Source: a virus
Lineage: Duplodnaviria; Heunggongvirae; Uroviricota; Caudoviricetes
DNA: 64,000 nucleotides
Virus record (IMG/VR): IMGVR_UViG_3300008108_000037
Location: 68,002 to 132,001 of that record
Reading direction: 5' to 3' (one strand)
The translations under genes were made by a program, and so were the position numbers. Shown here piece after piece: positions 36,809 to 46,153 of the stretch (the stretch's first letter is position 1; every line of letters starts with the position of its first letter). The notes under the pieces are model-generated. The model had not been told where the DNA came from. It saw only the letters and a program-made list of their open reading frames with translations, and did no database searches.

Positions 36809-37191
36809 GGGGGTGTATTTGGCACTTGACAGACATTGGTAGTTCTTTGAGATGATGCAGGCCGAGTTAGTATTGGAAACTCGTTAATCACCTATGCAAA
36901 CAATAAACGACGTAGAATTATCTACAATGACCTTCGAAGACGCTATGTCTTTCGTTGGTGCTGATTACGCAATAGCTGCCTAATCCCTCCCGCACACATC
37001 GTGGGGCTTAAAATAGAATGTGAACCCAGGTGGAATATGACTGAACCCGAAATCGAGTCATCTGAATTTGGTAGTTTAATCAGCCAACTATAAACTACAT
37101 ATTTTGTTTGTAAAGAAAAACAAGCTAAGCCTGTGAATGAGTTTCTTTTAACAGATGGACTGGACACCGGTTCGATTCCGGTCACCTCCAC
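36809..37191 (+). ncRNA. ssrA: tmRNA (ssrA); CCA not encoded
   Basis: 5' GGGGGTG pairs with 3' CACCTCC with a G3-U70 wobble (alanine identity); 3' tRNA-like T-arm ACCGGTTCGATTCCGGT; internal ORF ending GCT GAT TAC GCA ATA GCT GCC TAA (...ADYAIAA-stop), resembling canonical tags ending YALAA. Confidence 0.6.
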
Positions 37192-37206
37192 AAAAATTAA
37201 TTTAAT

Positions 37207-37839
37207 ATGCAAGACAGAAAAGAATTCCCGTCGTTATTGAAATCGATGGGATTGACCAACAAGGGAGTTGAGGTTGGATCTTTTAAGGGTGACTTTGCTA
37301 AAGAAATTCTTGAGCAGTGGCCAGGAATATTATATTTAGTGGATCCTTGGCGAGAAATGAAGGAAGAGGAGTATGACGATATTTCAAACATGAAACACCA
37401 GGGAAAAGTTTATGAAAAAACTTTTGAAAACCTAACAGGATTTGAAGAGCGAGCATTAATGATGAGAATGACATCAGATCAGGCTGCTGAATTATTTCCC
37501 GACAGGTCTTTGGATTTTGTTTATATTGACGCAAACCACACTTATGAGCATGTGAAAAATGATATCATGCTTTGGTATCCCAAAGTTAAAATAGGAGGAA
37601 TTCTTGCAGGACATGATTTTTTAAAACTAGAATGCTTCAACAAAGAATCTTACGCTAATGGACAAAAGAACCACCCGATTTGGATGTGGTTAGATGGGGA
37701 TTACAATAATAGATTCTATGCTGGAATGTTTGGAGTGAATCCAGCAGTGGAAGAATTTTTGGAATATAATGGTTACGATCTTCATGTCACTAATGAGTTC
37801 ACAGGAACTTGGTGGATAGTCAAAAAAAGCAATCTATGA
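37207..37839 (+). CDS. class I SAM-dependent methyltransferase (Methyltransf_24/TylF-like)
   Basis: GVEVGSFKGDFA and LDFVYIDANHTYEHVKNDIMLW...GGILAGHDF; same family as 31703-32431. Confidence 0.5.
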   Translation: MQDRKEFPSLLKSMGLTNKGVEVGSFKGDFAKEILEQWPGILYLVDPWREMKEEEYDDISNMKHQGKVYEKTFENLTGFEERALMMRMTSDQAAELFPDRSLDFVYIDANHTYEHVKNDIMLWYPKVKIGGILAGHDFLKLECFNKESYANGQKNHPIWMWLDGDYNNRFYAGMFGVNPAVEEFLEYNGYDLHVTNEFTGTWWIVKKSNL

Positions 37840-38777
37840 AAACCGCCTTTCTAAATCTCAGAAATCACAGGAAGGCTTATCTTATTTGTTCAGTTGGTCA
37901 AAGGTATATTGATATGGTTGAAGAACTGGTCCGCCAGTTAGACAAATATTCATCATTTCCTGTTTTTTTATACTATTCGGATGGCCAGGTTAATTTTGAT
38001 TTTCCCAATCTAATAAAACAGAAGTTTGAAATTGATTCCTCGATAAAGTATGAAATCGAAGGAATAAATCCAGAGAGTGTTAAAACACTAATGCTTACCA
38101 CAGTTAAACCCAGGGCTTGCAAGCTTTTATTGGAAAACTATGAGGTAGATGAATTTGTCTTTCTTGATTCCGATGTTTTGGTTACACCTGCTATAGATTC
38201 TGTTTTTCTAAACTATGGCGATTCTATTTCTAACTTTCCTATTTTTCTAAGATATTCATGGGACTGGGTAACCACCAACGGAAAGCAGCATGTTGCAGAT
38301 ATTATCTTAGAGAGAATTGGAATTTCTAGGGCTCCAACAGTAACCTCACTTTGTACCTGTCTTTTTATTGCAAACAGAAATTGTAAATCTTTCTTATCTG
38401 ATTGGGAAAAATATTGTTCAGATCCTGAAATAATTAAGTTTGCTTTAAGTCCGGAGGGATACGGAGGATTTACCGATGAATCTGTTGCTAACGCAGTCGC
38501 TTGGCTTTATAGATGTAATATTTCCATTCCAACTAATCTTTGTTGGGCTTGGAAATATGAACCAGTGAAATATGTCTTTGATTTTTATGACGGGATAATT
38601 TCAGATCTAGAAAGACACACTTCACAGCCGACCCATTATAAATTGAGTGGAGAAAATGAAGTACCTTTTGGTCTTTCTGTTATTCCCGAAAGAAAAAATA
38701 ATTTTTTAGGATTTCATTTCATCAAAGATCTAGAGACAATTAAAAAAGTTGCAGAAGAAATAGAAAAAAGGTTCTAA
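37809..38777 (+). CDS. hypothetical protein, possible GT-A glycosyltransferase
   Basis: FVFLDSDVLV DxD-like block; weak. Confidence 0.25.
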   Translation: MVDSQKKQSMKTAFLNLRNHRKAYLICSVGQRYIDMVEELVRQLDKYSSFPVFLYYSDGQVNFDFPNLIKQKFEIDSSIKYEIEGINPESVKTLMLTTVKPRACKLLLENYEVDEFVFLDSDVLVTPAIDSVFLNYGDSISNFPIFLRYSWDWVTTNGKQHVADIILERIGISRAPTVTSLCTCLFIANRNCKSFLSDWEKYCSDPEIIKFALSPEGYGGFTDESVANAVAWLYRCNISIPTNLCWAWKYEPVKYVFDFYDGIISDLERHTSQPTHYKLSGENEVPFGLSVIPERKNNFLGFHFIKDLETIKKVAEEIEKRF

Positions 38778-38854
38778 TTTCTGAAAATTTTTCTTTTTAT
38801 CTTCTATAATCTAAAACAAAAGGAATATATAAAAATTCCTAGATCTTTAAACAT

Positions 38855-38929
38855 TGCGGGGTAGAGCAGTGGTAGCTCGCTGGGCTCATAACCCAGAAGT
38901 CGTGGGTTCGAATCCCACCCCCGCTACCA
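38855..38929 (+). tRNA. tRNA-fMet (CAT), initiator-type, CCA encoded
   Basis: Near-colinear with E. coli tRNA-fMet: TGCGGGG TA GAGCAGTGGTAGCTC GCTGGG CTCATAA CCCAG...GTGGGTTCGAATCCCAC CCCCGCT ACCA; three G-C pairs closing the anticodon stem and a mismatched 1:72 pair (U:U). Confidence 0.75.
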
Positions 38930-39083
38930 AAAAGAAGTTGGTAGCAAACTTGTGTATGATACGTTCCGGCTTCGATTGATAATCGAAGGTATCAAAAAGG
39001 AAGACGTCTCCGAGGTCTAATTCCCGCAAGTCCCTGCTACCTTTTTTATTGTAACCATTTCGTTATTCAATCGTATAATATGC

Positions 39084-39857
39084 ATGAGCAAAAATTTGGT
39101 AATTTATTTAAATGTCTTTGATGACATATCAAAGACAGCACAAAGTGTAGAATCGATTAGAAGAGCATGTCATCGATGGGGTGCTAATTTTTACGAGGTG
39201 ACAAACGTTCAGTATCCAAATGCACCTTATCCCTTTCTCTGGGAAACCCTTGCAGCTTTTGAAGAGTTCAATCACTATGATAAAATTTTAAATTTGGATC
39301 ATGATATCATCATAAATTCTAATGCTCCAAACATATTTGAGGAATTAACAGATGAATATGATTTTTGTGCTGTTAGAGACGGGAATCCGGGAGGAAGATT
39401 TCCTCATAATGATGGATTTCTAAGAGATTCTATTATAAAAACAATTAGTCACGATCAAAATTGCTTTGATCTTTTTCATAGTGTTTTAAAGAATTTTAAT
39501 TATGAAAAATACTGGCAAAATTATTTTAATTTAGGTGTCTATCTATTTAACCCCAAAAAATACAATCGATTGATTAAAGAAATCAAGCAATTGGCTTTTG
39601 ATGACAAAAGAGTTTATCAAATGCTTATGGGACAGGGATTTCCTTGGCACGCATTACAGAATTTTTTTAATGCTTACATATCTTCCTCCGATCTTAAAAT
39701 TAAATTAATTGACAATACTTGGAATTGGATTATGCCAGATATATCCGAGGAATATCACGATGATTTTTATCTGGGAAAAATGAAACCAAACATCTATCAT
39801 TTCTGTGGAACCCCAACATCAAAGGAGGACCTTCCTTTTTATGACAGATGGAAATAA
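39084..39857 (+). CDS. hypothetical protein, possible nucleotide-sugar transferase
   Basis: ILNLDHDIIIN DxD-like block; weak. Confidence 0.25.
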   Translation: MSKNLVIYLNVFDDISKTAQSVESIRRACHRWGANFYEVTNVQYPNAPYPFLWETLAAFEEFNHYDKILNLDHDIIINSNAPNIFEELTDEYDFCAVRDGNPGGRFPHNDGFLRDSIIKTISHDQNCFDLFHSVLKNFNYEKYWQNYFNLGVYLFNPKKYNRLIKEIKQLAFDDKRVYQMLMGQGFPWHALQNFFNAYISSSDLKIKLIDNTWNWIMPDISEEYHDDFYLGKMKPNIYHFCGTPTSKEDLPFYDRWK

Positions 39858-39872
39858 TTAAAATGAATCGAT

Positions 39873-40520
39873 ATGGCAAATGGAGTATACAAAATTACAG
39901 AAGAATTTGAAAAATCACTCGAAAGCTATACAGGAGCTCCACATGTTGTAACTTTAGACAATCAGAGTAACGGACTTTTTCTTTCCCTATATTATGAAAA
40001 TTACGTTAAAAAGAGCATAGAAAAAGGAAGTATAAAAATTCCAAGTCGAACTTATCCTTCAGTTCCTTGCGAGATTATTCATGCTGGCCTTAAAGTAGAG
40101 TTTGAGCATGTGAAAGGTAAGACGATTAAAGGTGCATACCAACTAAAAGGGAGCAAGGTTTGGGATTCTGCATTGTGTTTTACCTATAATATGTATAAGA
40201 AAAATACCCATATGTGCGTTTCTTTTACTGGACCATTTAAGCATTTTAAGTTGTCTAAAGGTGGAGCAATATTAACAGATGATCATGAAGCATATCTTTG
40301 GTTTAAAAGAGCTAGATATAGTGGCAGAAGAGAATGTTCTTATCATGACGATCACTTTGATATGCTGGGATGGAATTTTTATATGATGCCAGAATTAGCA
40401 GCAAGGGGTTTACTCATGATGGGACAATTTTATGATCCTACAACGGGAAAACCTAAAAACAATCCAGATCTGGAACTACCATATCCAGATTTATCAAAAT
40501 TTGATATTTATAAAAAATGA
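39873..40520 (+). CDS. hypothetical protein
   Basis: 215-aa ORF; no motif recognised. Confidence 0.3.
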   Translation: MANGVYKITEEFEKSLESYTGAPHVVTLDNQSNGLFLSLYYENYVKKSIEKGSIKIPSRTYPSVPCEIIHAGLKVEFEHVKGKTIKGAYQLKGSKVWDSALCFTYNMYKKNTHMCVSFTGPFKHFKLSKGGAILTDDHEAYLWFKRARYSGRRECSYHDDHFDMLGWNFYMMPELAARGLLMMGQFYDPTTGKPKNNPDLELPYPDLSKFDIYKK

Positions 40521-42700
40521 GTAAAAAATTATCTATAATAATTCCCTCACTAAACAGGGAAAAATTACTTATAAGTTCTATCAATAGCATAGTAGAAATT
40601 TTTAATTCATTCAACTTTCAAGATTATGATGTACATGCTATAGTAAATGGGTCAAACAAAAATACAACAGAAAAAATTAGAGAGAATATTTTTTTACATC
40701 ATCATGAAAAAAAATTGAATCCTGGAATAGCGAGAAATATAGGAATTGAAAAAAGCGACTCTGAGTGGATTTGGTTTATTGACGACGACGATGAAATAGT
40801 AGGTGAAAACATATCAAAAGTAATAGATTTTTTATACGACAAAAATGGTAATCATGGATTCGATTTAATAGCTCATTCTTTAAAAAATAAATACATTCCG
40901 GAAGATAATAAGAGATCTCTATTGGAAAATGTTTGTTTTTTTAAAGAAAAACAGGAGGCATTCAATTACATTTTCAAAAGAGATTTAATAAAAAAGCATA
41001 ATATATTATTTTCCGACGGATTACACGAGGATATCAGATACGTAACAGAACTGATAATAAATTCCTCCATCATTAAAATATTTGATTTTTTCCTGTATAA
41101 AAAAATTAACCGGGATGATTCGATAACTAAAAATCTCAATCCATCTAGAATAGATGGATATTTACTAGCAATCAGCGAGATTCAATCACTAGATAGCGAT
41201 GAAATTTCTTCGATGTCTAATGGAATAGTGACACAGTGTCTAGGAACTATCCTATATCTAATAAACAAATCCCAAAATAAGTTGGAGCTACTAGAATATC
41301 TGGACAGCAAATTCACATTTTATCTAAGATCAAAAATAACCGAAACGTATAGTGAAAAAGATACTAATTTCAAATACGCTGTTTCTCTTTACATTAATAA
41401 GAAAGACAATCTAGTATTTCTTGAAAGATTAAACGAATGCTTTTCTAGCTATCTCTCTTGTAGAGATCTAAAAAACTCAATATTTCTTGGTCCGAAAGAA
41501 ATAATAGGATGCTGTAAAAGATTCTTTTATAATGGTAAGATGAAGGGTGACATCGTTTTAATGTCGGAATCAATAGATGTTAATTTAGATTCTATACTTA
41601 AAAGAAAGGCTGAGGTTGAAGATGGGATAAATTCACAGACATATGAACCTTGTGAGGGGTGCCCTTATATAGAAAGATATAGTAGATTAGAAAATAAAAA
41701 AATAAACTACATAAGCTTAGAAAATTTCACTTATTGCAACATGCGTTGTACTTATTGTTCTCCTAAATATTATGGGGGTAAAGAAGCAGTATACAACACT
41801 CATGATATAATTAGTCAATTAATAGATGGTGAATATCTTGACGATAAAGTACACGTTGTTTGGGGAGGGGGAGAGCCAACATTACAAAGGGAATTTGGGG
41901 AAATAACAGAGAAACTAATAAACATAGAAAATGTCTATAAGATAAGAGTTCTTACAAACAGTCTAAGATTTTCAAACGATCTTTATAACCTAGCATCGAA
42001 TGATAAAATAAGGATAGTTACTAGTATAGATGCAGGAACTCAAGATGTATTTAAAAATATCAGGGGAAAAGGAGAAATTTTAACAGTTTTAGAGAACCTA
42101 AAAAAATATACAGAGCAAACCAAGGATCCAGAGAATCTAACTTTAAAATACATTCTAACTGAACAAAACTATCATTCCAATCAGTTAGAACAATTTGTAA
42201 AAACTATAAAAGAATTTGGATTTGAAAACAATTTTGTCCAAATAAGTTGTAATTTTTTATATGATCATCTGGGTGATGAGATAATATTTTCAATATACGA
42301 ATTAGCAGCTAGACTATTAAATAATGGATTTAAGTTTGTTTATTTTGATGATTTAATCCGTGACAGATTAGCTATAAGTGAGGATATTGCGGATAAAGTA
42401 ATCAATTATTTGTCGGAAAAATACCTCTATCACGATGATATAATTTCTTATAAGAGTAATAAACGGGTAGTTCTTTGGGGAGATGGATACCAATCTAGAT
42501 GGATAAAAAACAGCACAACCTTTGGAAAATCTAATAAAATAAGGGGAATCGTTTCCGATATAAATGGATTTAACAATTTGAATTTAAATGTGGGTTTTAC
42601 AGTATCCCCTGCCGCAATCCAACAATTACCAGACATATTTAAGGAAATTAAGAAGGAAAAAGATGTCTATAATAAATTGAAATTCCACATATTTCTATAA
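40517..42700 (+). CDS. GT2-family glycosyltransferase fused to C-terminal radical SAM domain
   Basis: N-terminal LSIIIPSLNRE and WIWFIDDDDEI (GT2 core, DxD); C-terminal NFTYCNMRCTYCSP (CX3CX2C) and HVVWGGGEPTLQ (GGEP); 727 aa, 4-nt overlap with upstream gene. Confidence 0.6.
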   Translation: MSKKLSIIIPSLNREKLLISSINSIVEIFNSFNFQDYDVHAIVNGSNKNTTEKIRENIFLHHHEKKLNPGIARNIGIEKSDSEWIWFIDDDDEIVGENISKVIDFLYDKNGNHGFDLIAHSLKNKYIPEDNKRSLLENVCFFKEKQEAFNYIFKRDLIKKHNILFSDGLHEDIRYVTELIINSSIIKIFDFFLYKKINRDDSITKNLNPSRIDGYLLAISEIQSLDSDEISSMSNGIVTQCLGTILYLINKSQNKLELLEYLDSKFTFYLRSKITETYSEKDTNFKYAVSLYINKKDNLVFLERLNECFSSYLSCRDLKNSIFLGPKEIIGCCKRFFYNGKMKGDIVLMSESIDVNLDSILKRKAEVEDGINSQTYEPCEGCPYIERYSRLENKKINYISLENFTYCNMRCTYCSPKYYGGKEAVYNTHDIISQLIDGEYLDDKVHVVWGGGEPTLQREFGEITEKLINIENVYKIRVLTNSLRFSNDLYNLASNDKIRIVTSIDAGTQDVFKNIRGKGEILTVLENLKKYTEQTKDPENLTLKYILTEQNYHSNQLEQFVKTIKEFGFENNFVQISCNFLYDHLGDEIIFSIYELAARLLNNGFKFVYFDDLIRDRLAISEDIADKVINYLSEKYLYHDDIISYKSNKRVVLWGDGYQSRWIKNSTTFGKSNKIRGIVSDINGFNNLNLNVGFTVSPAAIQQLPDIFKEIKKEKDVYNKLKFHIFL

Positions 42701-42726
42701 TAGAATATTTTTAAAGAGAATTATAA

Positions 42727-43827
42727 ATGAAAAATAAAAAATTAAAAGTTTCTGTCATAGGAGGGGGTATAAATTCTGCAGTGGGATACGCACACTATTC
42801 TGCTATTAAGCTTTCAAACAAGTTCGAGATAACCTGCGGAAATTTTAGCAGAAATTCAAAGACTAATAGGGAAAGCGCTGAAATATATGGAGTGAATAAA
42901 GTTTATAGCGACTATAGGACTATGCTGTTGGAAGAAAAAAATAATATAGATGCAGTTGTAATATTAACCCCTACGGATCAGCATTATGATCAGTTAGACC
43001 TTGCAATAAGCTTAGGAATCCCTATTGTTTGTGAGAAATGCTTGATCGCTAATAATTTGGAATTAGAAAAACTGAAGGAGAAACAATCTAATAATTTCAT
43101 AGCAGTTGTTTTCAATTATCTCTGTTATCCTATGTTGAAGGAATTAAAAAGCATAATTGATTCGGGTGGAATTGGAAAAATTTTACAGATTCAAATCGAG
43201 ATGCCGCAAGAAGGATTTCTTAGGCACATGAACGGATTACCACTTAAACCACAAAAATGGAGATTAGTGGATGGAAGAGTTCCCACCCTTTCTCTTGATC
43301 TAGCAACGCACACATATTCTATAGTAAGATTTTTAACATCACAAAATCCTTTAGAGGTTATTGCAGTCGAAAGTAGTTTTGGAAATTTTCCTGGAATAGT
43401 TGATGATATAAATTGCATAATTAAATACACGAATGATATAATTTGTAATATGTGGTATAGTAAAACCGCATTAGGGAATAGAAATGGATTAAGGGTTAGA
43501 ATATTTGGGTCTGATGGAAGTGCAGAATGGTACCAATTAGAACCAGAAGTAATTCACATGTCAGATAAAAGTGGAAAGATATCTTTGCTAGATAGGGGAT
43601 CTGAAGGATTATTAACAGCTAATGAATTCAAATATAATAGATTCAAAGTTGGGCATCCTGTAGGATTTATTGAATCCCTCGCTAATTTTTATGAGGACGT
43701 CTATGATGATTTTAAAAAAAGTCATGATGATCGCGTTACATATGGTCTAGAGCAATCAGAGGAGTGTATTAAACTGCTAGAGGCAATATCTAAGTCATCC
43801 GAAGAAAAATCTTGGCAATCCTTATGA
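42727..43827 (+). CDS. Gfo/Idh/MocA-family NAD(P)-dependent sugar oxidoreductase
   Basis: KVSVIGGGINSAVGYAH...IDAVVILTPTDQHYDQ...IPIVCEKCLI matches the family N-terminal Rossmann and EKP block. Confidence 0.55.
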   Translation: MKNKKLKVSVIGGGINSAVGYAHYSAIKLSNKFEITCGNFSRNSKTNRESAEIYGVNKVYSDYRTMLLEEKNNIDAVVILTPTDQHYDQLDLAISLGIPIVCEKCLIANNLELEKLKEKQSNNFIAVVFNYLCYPMLKELKSIIDSGGIGKILQIQIEMPQEGFLRHMNGLPLKPQKWRLVDGRVPTLSLDLATHTYSIVRFLTSQNPLEVIAVESSFGNFPGIVDDINCIIKYTNDIICNMWYSKTALGNRNGLRVRIFGSDGSAEWYQLEPEVIHMSDKSGKISLLDRGSEGLLTANEFKYNRFKVGHPVGFIESLANFYEDVYDDFKKSHDDRVTYGLEQSEECIKLLEAISKSSEEKSWQSL

Positions 43828-44987
43828 AAAAAATTTTACTGCTCGATACTAACGTTTCATCGTTTCCTATTTATAATTTTTTGGTTAACGAGGGATATGA
43901 AGTTTATGTTGCTGGATCAAAAGAAAATGATTGTCTGGCAAAATGCTCTACTAATTATATTTTTTTAGACTATTCCAGAATAGAAGAATTAAACAAAATA
44001 ATTGAAGATTATAAATTTGATTATATTGTTCCAGGGTGTAACGACATGTCTTATGCTTGTGTTACTAAAATAAATAAATCTAGAAAATTTCCTGGATTAG
44101 ATCCGACTGAAATTTGCGAAACTATTAATAATAAATCGATGTTTAGGGATTTTGCAATTTCGAATGGATTAAATGTTCCCAAGGTTTATTCTTTAAAAGA
44201 TGCTTATTGTGTTAATGTTCCACTAATAATAAAACCAGTTGATGCTTATAGCGGGAGAGGGATTTCTATAGTAAACGAACCAAACAAGATGTTACTAGAT
44301 TTGGCTGTTGAAAATGCTATAAAATTTTCAAAAGACAAAAAATATGTAATAGAAGAATACAAAACAGGTCAGCTATACAGTCATTCTGCATTTATAGAAA
44401 ACAAAAAGATAGTAAAAGATTTTATAGTTGTAGAAAATTGTACTGCCAATCCTTTTACTGTGGATTCTAGTTATGTTGTACATGATGACTTTCCTGTTAA
44501 TTTGCTAGAATCAATAAGGAAAGATATAGAGATAATAGCAAAAATTTTAAAATTAGAGGATGGTCTTATTCATACGCAATTTATAAGGTCTGGAGATTCT
44601 TTTTATATAATAGAGGTTACCAGAAGATGTCCGGGGGATTTGTATAGCTTGCTGATTGAAAAATCTACAAATTTTAAATATTCACAAAATTATGTTAGAC
44701 CTTTTATTGGGAAAAAAATAATACAATCCACATCAGAAGAAATTAAAAAATACATTTTTAGACACACTATATCTAGCGATGCAGACCTTTTTTCGATTGG
44801 AATTGAATTTAAAAACGAATTGGATATAGATTTATACATTTCTCTTTCTGTTACTGGGGATGAAATGAAAAAATCACCATTCAGTAGATTTGGTCTGGTC
44901 TTCATTAAATGTAACGATCAGAAGGATCTTGAGAATAAATACGGCCTAGCTTTGAGGAGAGAACTATATTATTATAAGAGTATATAG
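43812..44987 (+). CDS. ATP-grasp domain ligase
   Basis: PLIIKPVDAYSGRGISIV and YVIEEYKTGQLYSHSAF resemble ATP-grasp B-loop/core blocks. Confidence 0.5.
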   Translation: MAILMKKILLLDTNVSSFPIYNFLVNEGYEVYVAGSKENDCLAKCSTNYIFLDYSRIEELNKIIEDYKFDYIVPGCNDMSYACVTKINKSRKFPGLDPTEICETINNKSMFRDFAISNGLNVPKVYSLKDAYCVNVPLIIKPVDAYSGRGISIVNEPNKMLLDLAVENAIKFSKDKKYVIEEYKTGQLYSHSAFIENKKIVKDFIVVENCTANPFTVDSSYVVHDDFPVNLLESIRKDIEIIAKILKLEDGLIHTQFIRSGDSFYIIEVTRRCPGDLYSLLIEKSTNFKYSQNYVRPFIGKKIIQSTSEEIKKYIFRHTISSDADLFSIGIEFKNELDIDLYISLSVTGDEMKKSPFSRFGLVFIKCNDQKDLENKYGLALRRELYYYKSI

Positions 44988-45003
44988 AGATATTTTTATA
45001 GAA

Positions 45004-45327
45004 ATGATTACAGTAACTGAAAAAGCAGCACAAAGAATTAAATACCTAATAGAAGAAGCAGAAGATTCTAAGTTTTATCTAAGAGTATCTGTTAAAGGGG
45101 GAGGATGTAGCGGACTTTCATATGATTTATCATTTGATGACGAGATGAACGAAAAAGACACTCTTTATGAAGATAAAGCAGTTAAAATATTAGTGGATAA
45201 TAAATCCATTCTTTATCTGTTTGGAACTGAACTAGACTTCTCTGACGGACTTAACGGTAAGGGATTTCAGTTCGTAAATCCTAATGCCTCCCGCACATGT
45301 GGATGTGGAGAAAGCTTTGCTGTGTAG
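45004..45327 (+). CDS. IscA/HesB/ErpA A-type Fe-S cluster carrier
   Basis: VKGGGCSGLSY...GFQFVNPNASRTCGCGESF: the three conserved Cys (C-x...C-G-C-G) of A-type carriers; 107 aa. Confidence 0.7.
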   Translation: MITVTEKAAQRIKYLIEEAEDSKFYLRVSVKGGGCSGLSYDLSFDDEMNEKDTLYEDKAVKILVDNKSILYLFGTELDFSDGLNGKGFQFVNPNASRTCGCGESFAV

Positions 45328-45343
45328 CTTGATATATAGCTAC

Positions 45344-46036
45344 ATGATAAAGGGGTTTTCTGAATACATTAACGAAGCTTATAGCAATCCTAAAAATTAT
45401 ACGGATTTAAAATACGGAAATCCACAAAAGTGGCAAAAAGAAGCCATGGACAGAGGATCTAACCTTTTAAAATCTGTCAAAGAATCAAATCTTTGGGAAA
45501 AATGGACTTCTAGTTTACCTCCCAATCAAGATTCAGAGGAGGTAAAATCCGATTTACAAAATTTAATTCTCATGGGAAATTCTTTAACCGAGGAGGAAAA
45601 AGAGTTTGTAAAGGATTCAGAAAATGATATGCTAGGAATCTTTGAGAAATTTTTAAAGTTAAATGGGGTTGATTCTATTAAGAAAGAAGATTTGGAATCG
45701 GTAACAGATGAATTGGATCCGATCACTTTTATTTTAAAATATCAGTTTAACTATCCTAGACCACTTCAACTGGCTCTTGTCCACGACATACCCCTTTATC
45801 CAGAGCAGCCAACTAACGCTTGCAGTCCCGCTTATCCTTCCGGACACTCAATAGATGCTTTTGTGATTGCTGGATTGATTGCTAAAAAATACCCTCAACT
45901 TGCCGATGATGTTTCTAAGCTTTCTGAAAGAGTTTCTATGACTAGAAACCTGGGAGGAATACATTTCACGTTTGATTCATCCTTTGGTAAAGAAATAGCA
46001 GAAGATATACTTTCTTTGGATCTTTTATCCCTTTAG
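45344..46036 (+). CDS. PAP2-superfamily phosphatase (start taken at internal Met)
   Basis: YPRP (KxxxxxxRP), YPSGHS (PSGH), SMTRNLGGIHFTFD (SRxxxxxHxxxD) tripartite PAP2 signature; ORF-track start 45284 would overlap IscA gene. Confidence 0.5.
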   Translation: MIKGFSEYINEAYSNPKNYTDLKYGNPQKWQKEAMDRGSNLLKSVKESNLWEKWTSSLPPNQDSEEVKSDLQNLILMGNSLTEEEKEFVKDSENDMLGIFEKFLKLNGVDSIKKEDLESVTDELDPITFILKYQFNYPRPLQLALVHDIPLYPEQPTNACSPAYPSGHSIDAFVIAGLIAKKYPQLADDVSKLSERVSMTRNLGGIHFTFDSSFGKEIAEDILSLDLLSL

Positions 46037-46153
46037 AAAAATAGTTTAACCGATTAAACTTTCCCGTTTGTTTTATTGAATATATAAATTGGGCTTGATA
46101 AAAGGATATCTCATTGATACACTAATCATGCTGGAGAAATTGTATGAATTATT

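Noticed and set aside
36943-37534. Minus-strand ORFs 36943-37212, 37197-37391 and 37298-37534
   Set aside because: They overlap the tmRNA or run antisense to the well-supported methyltransferase gene, and have no motifs. Treated as spurious.
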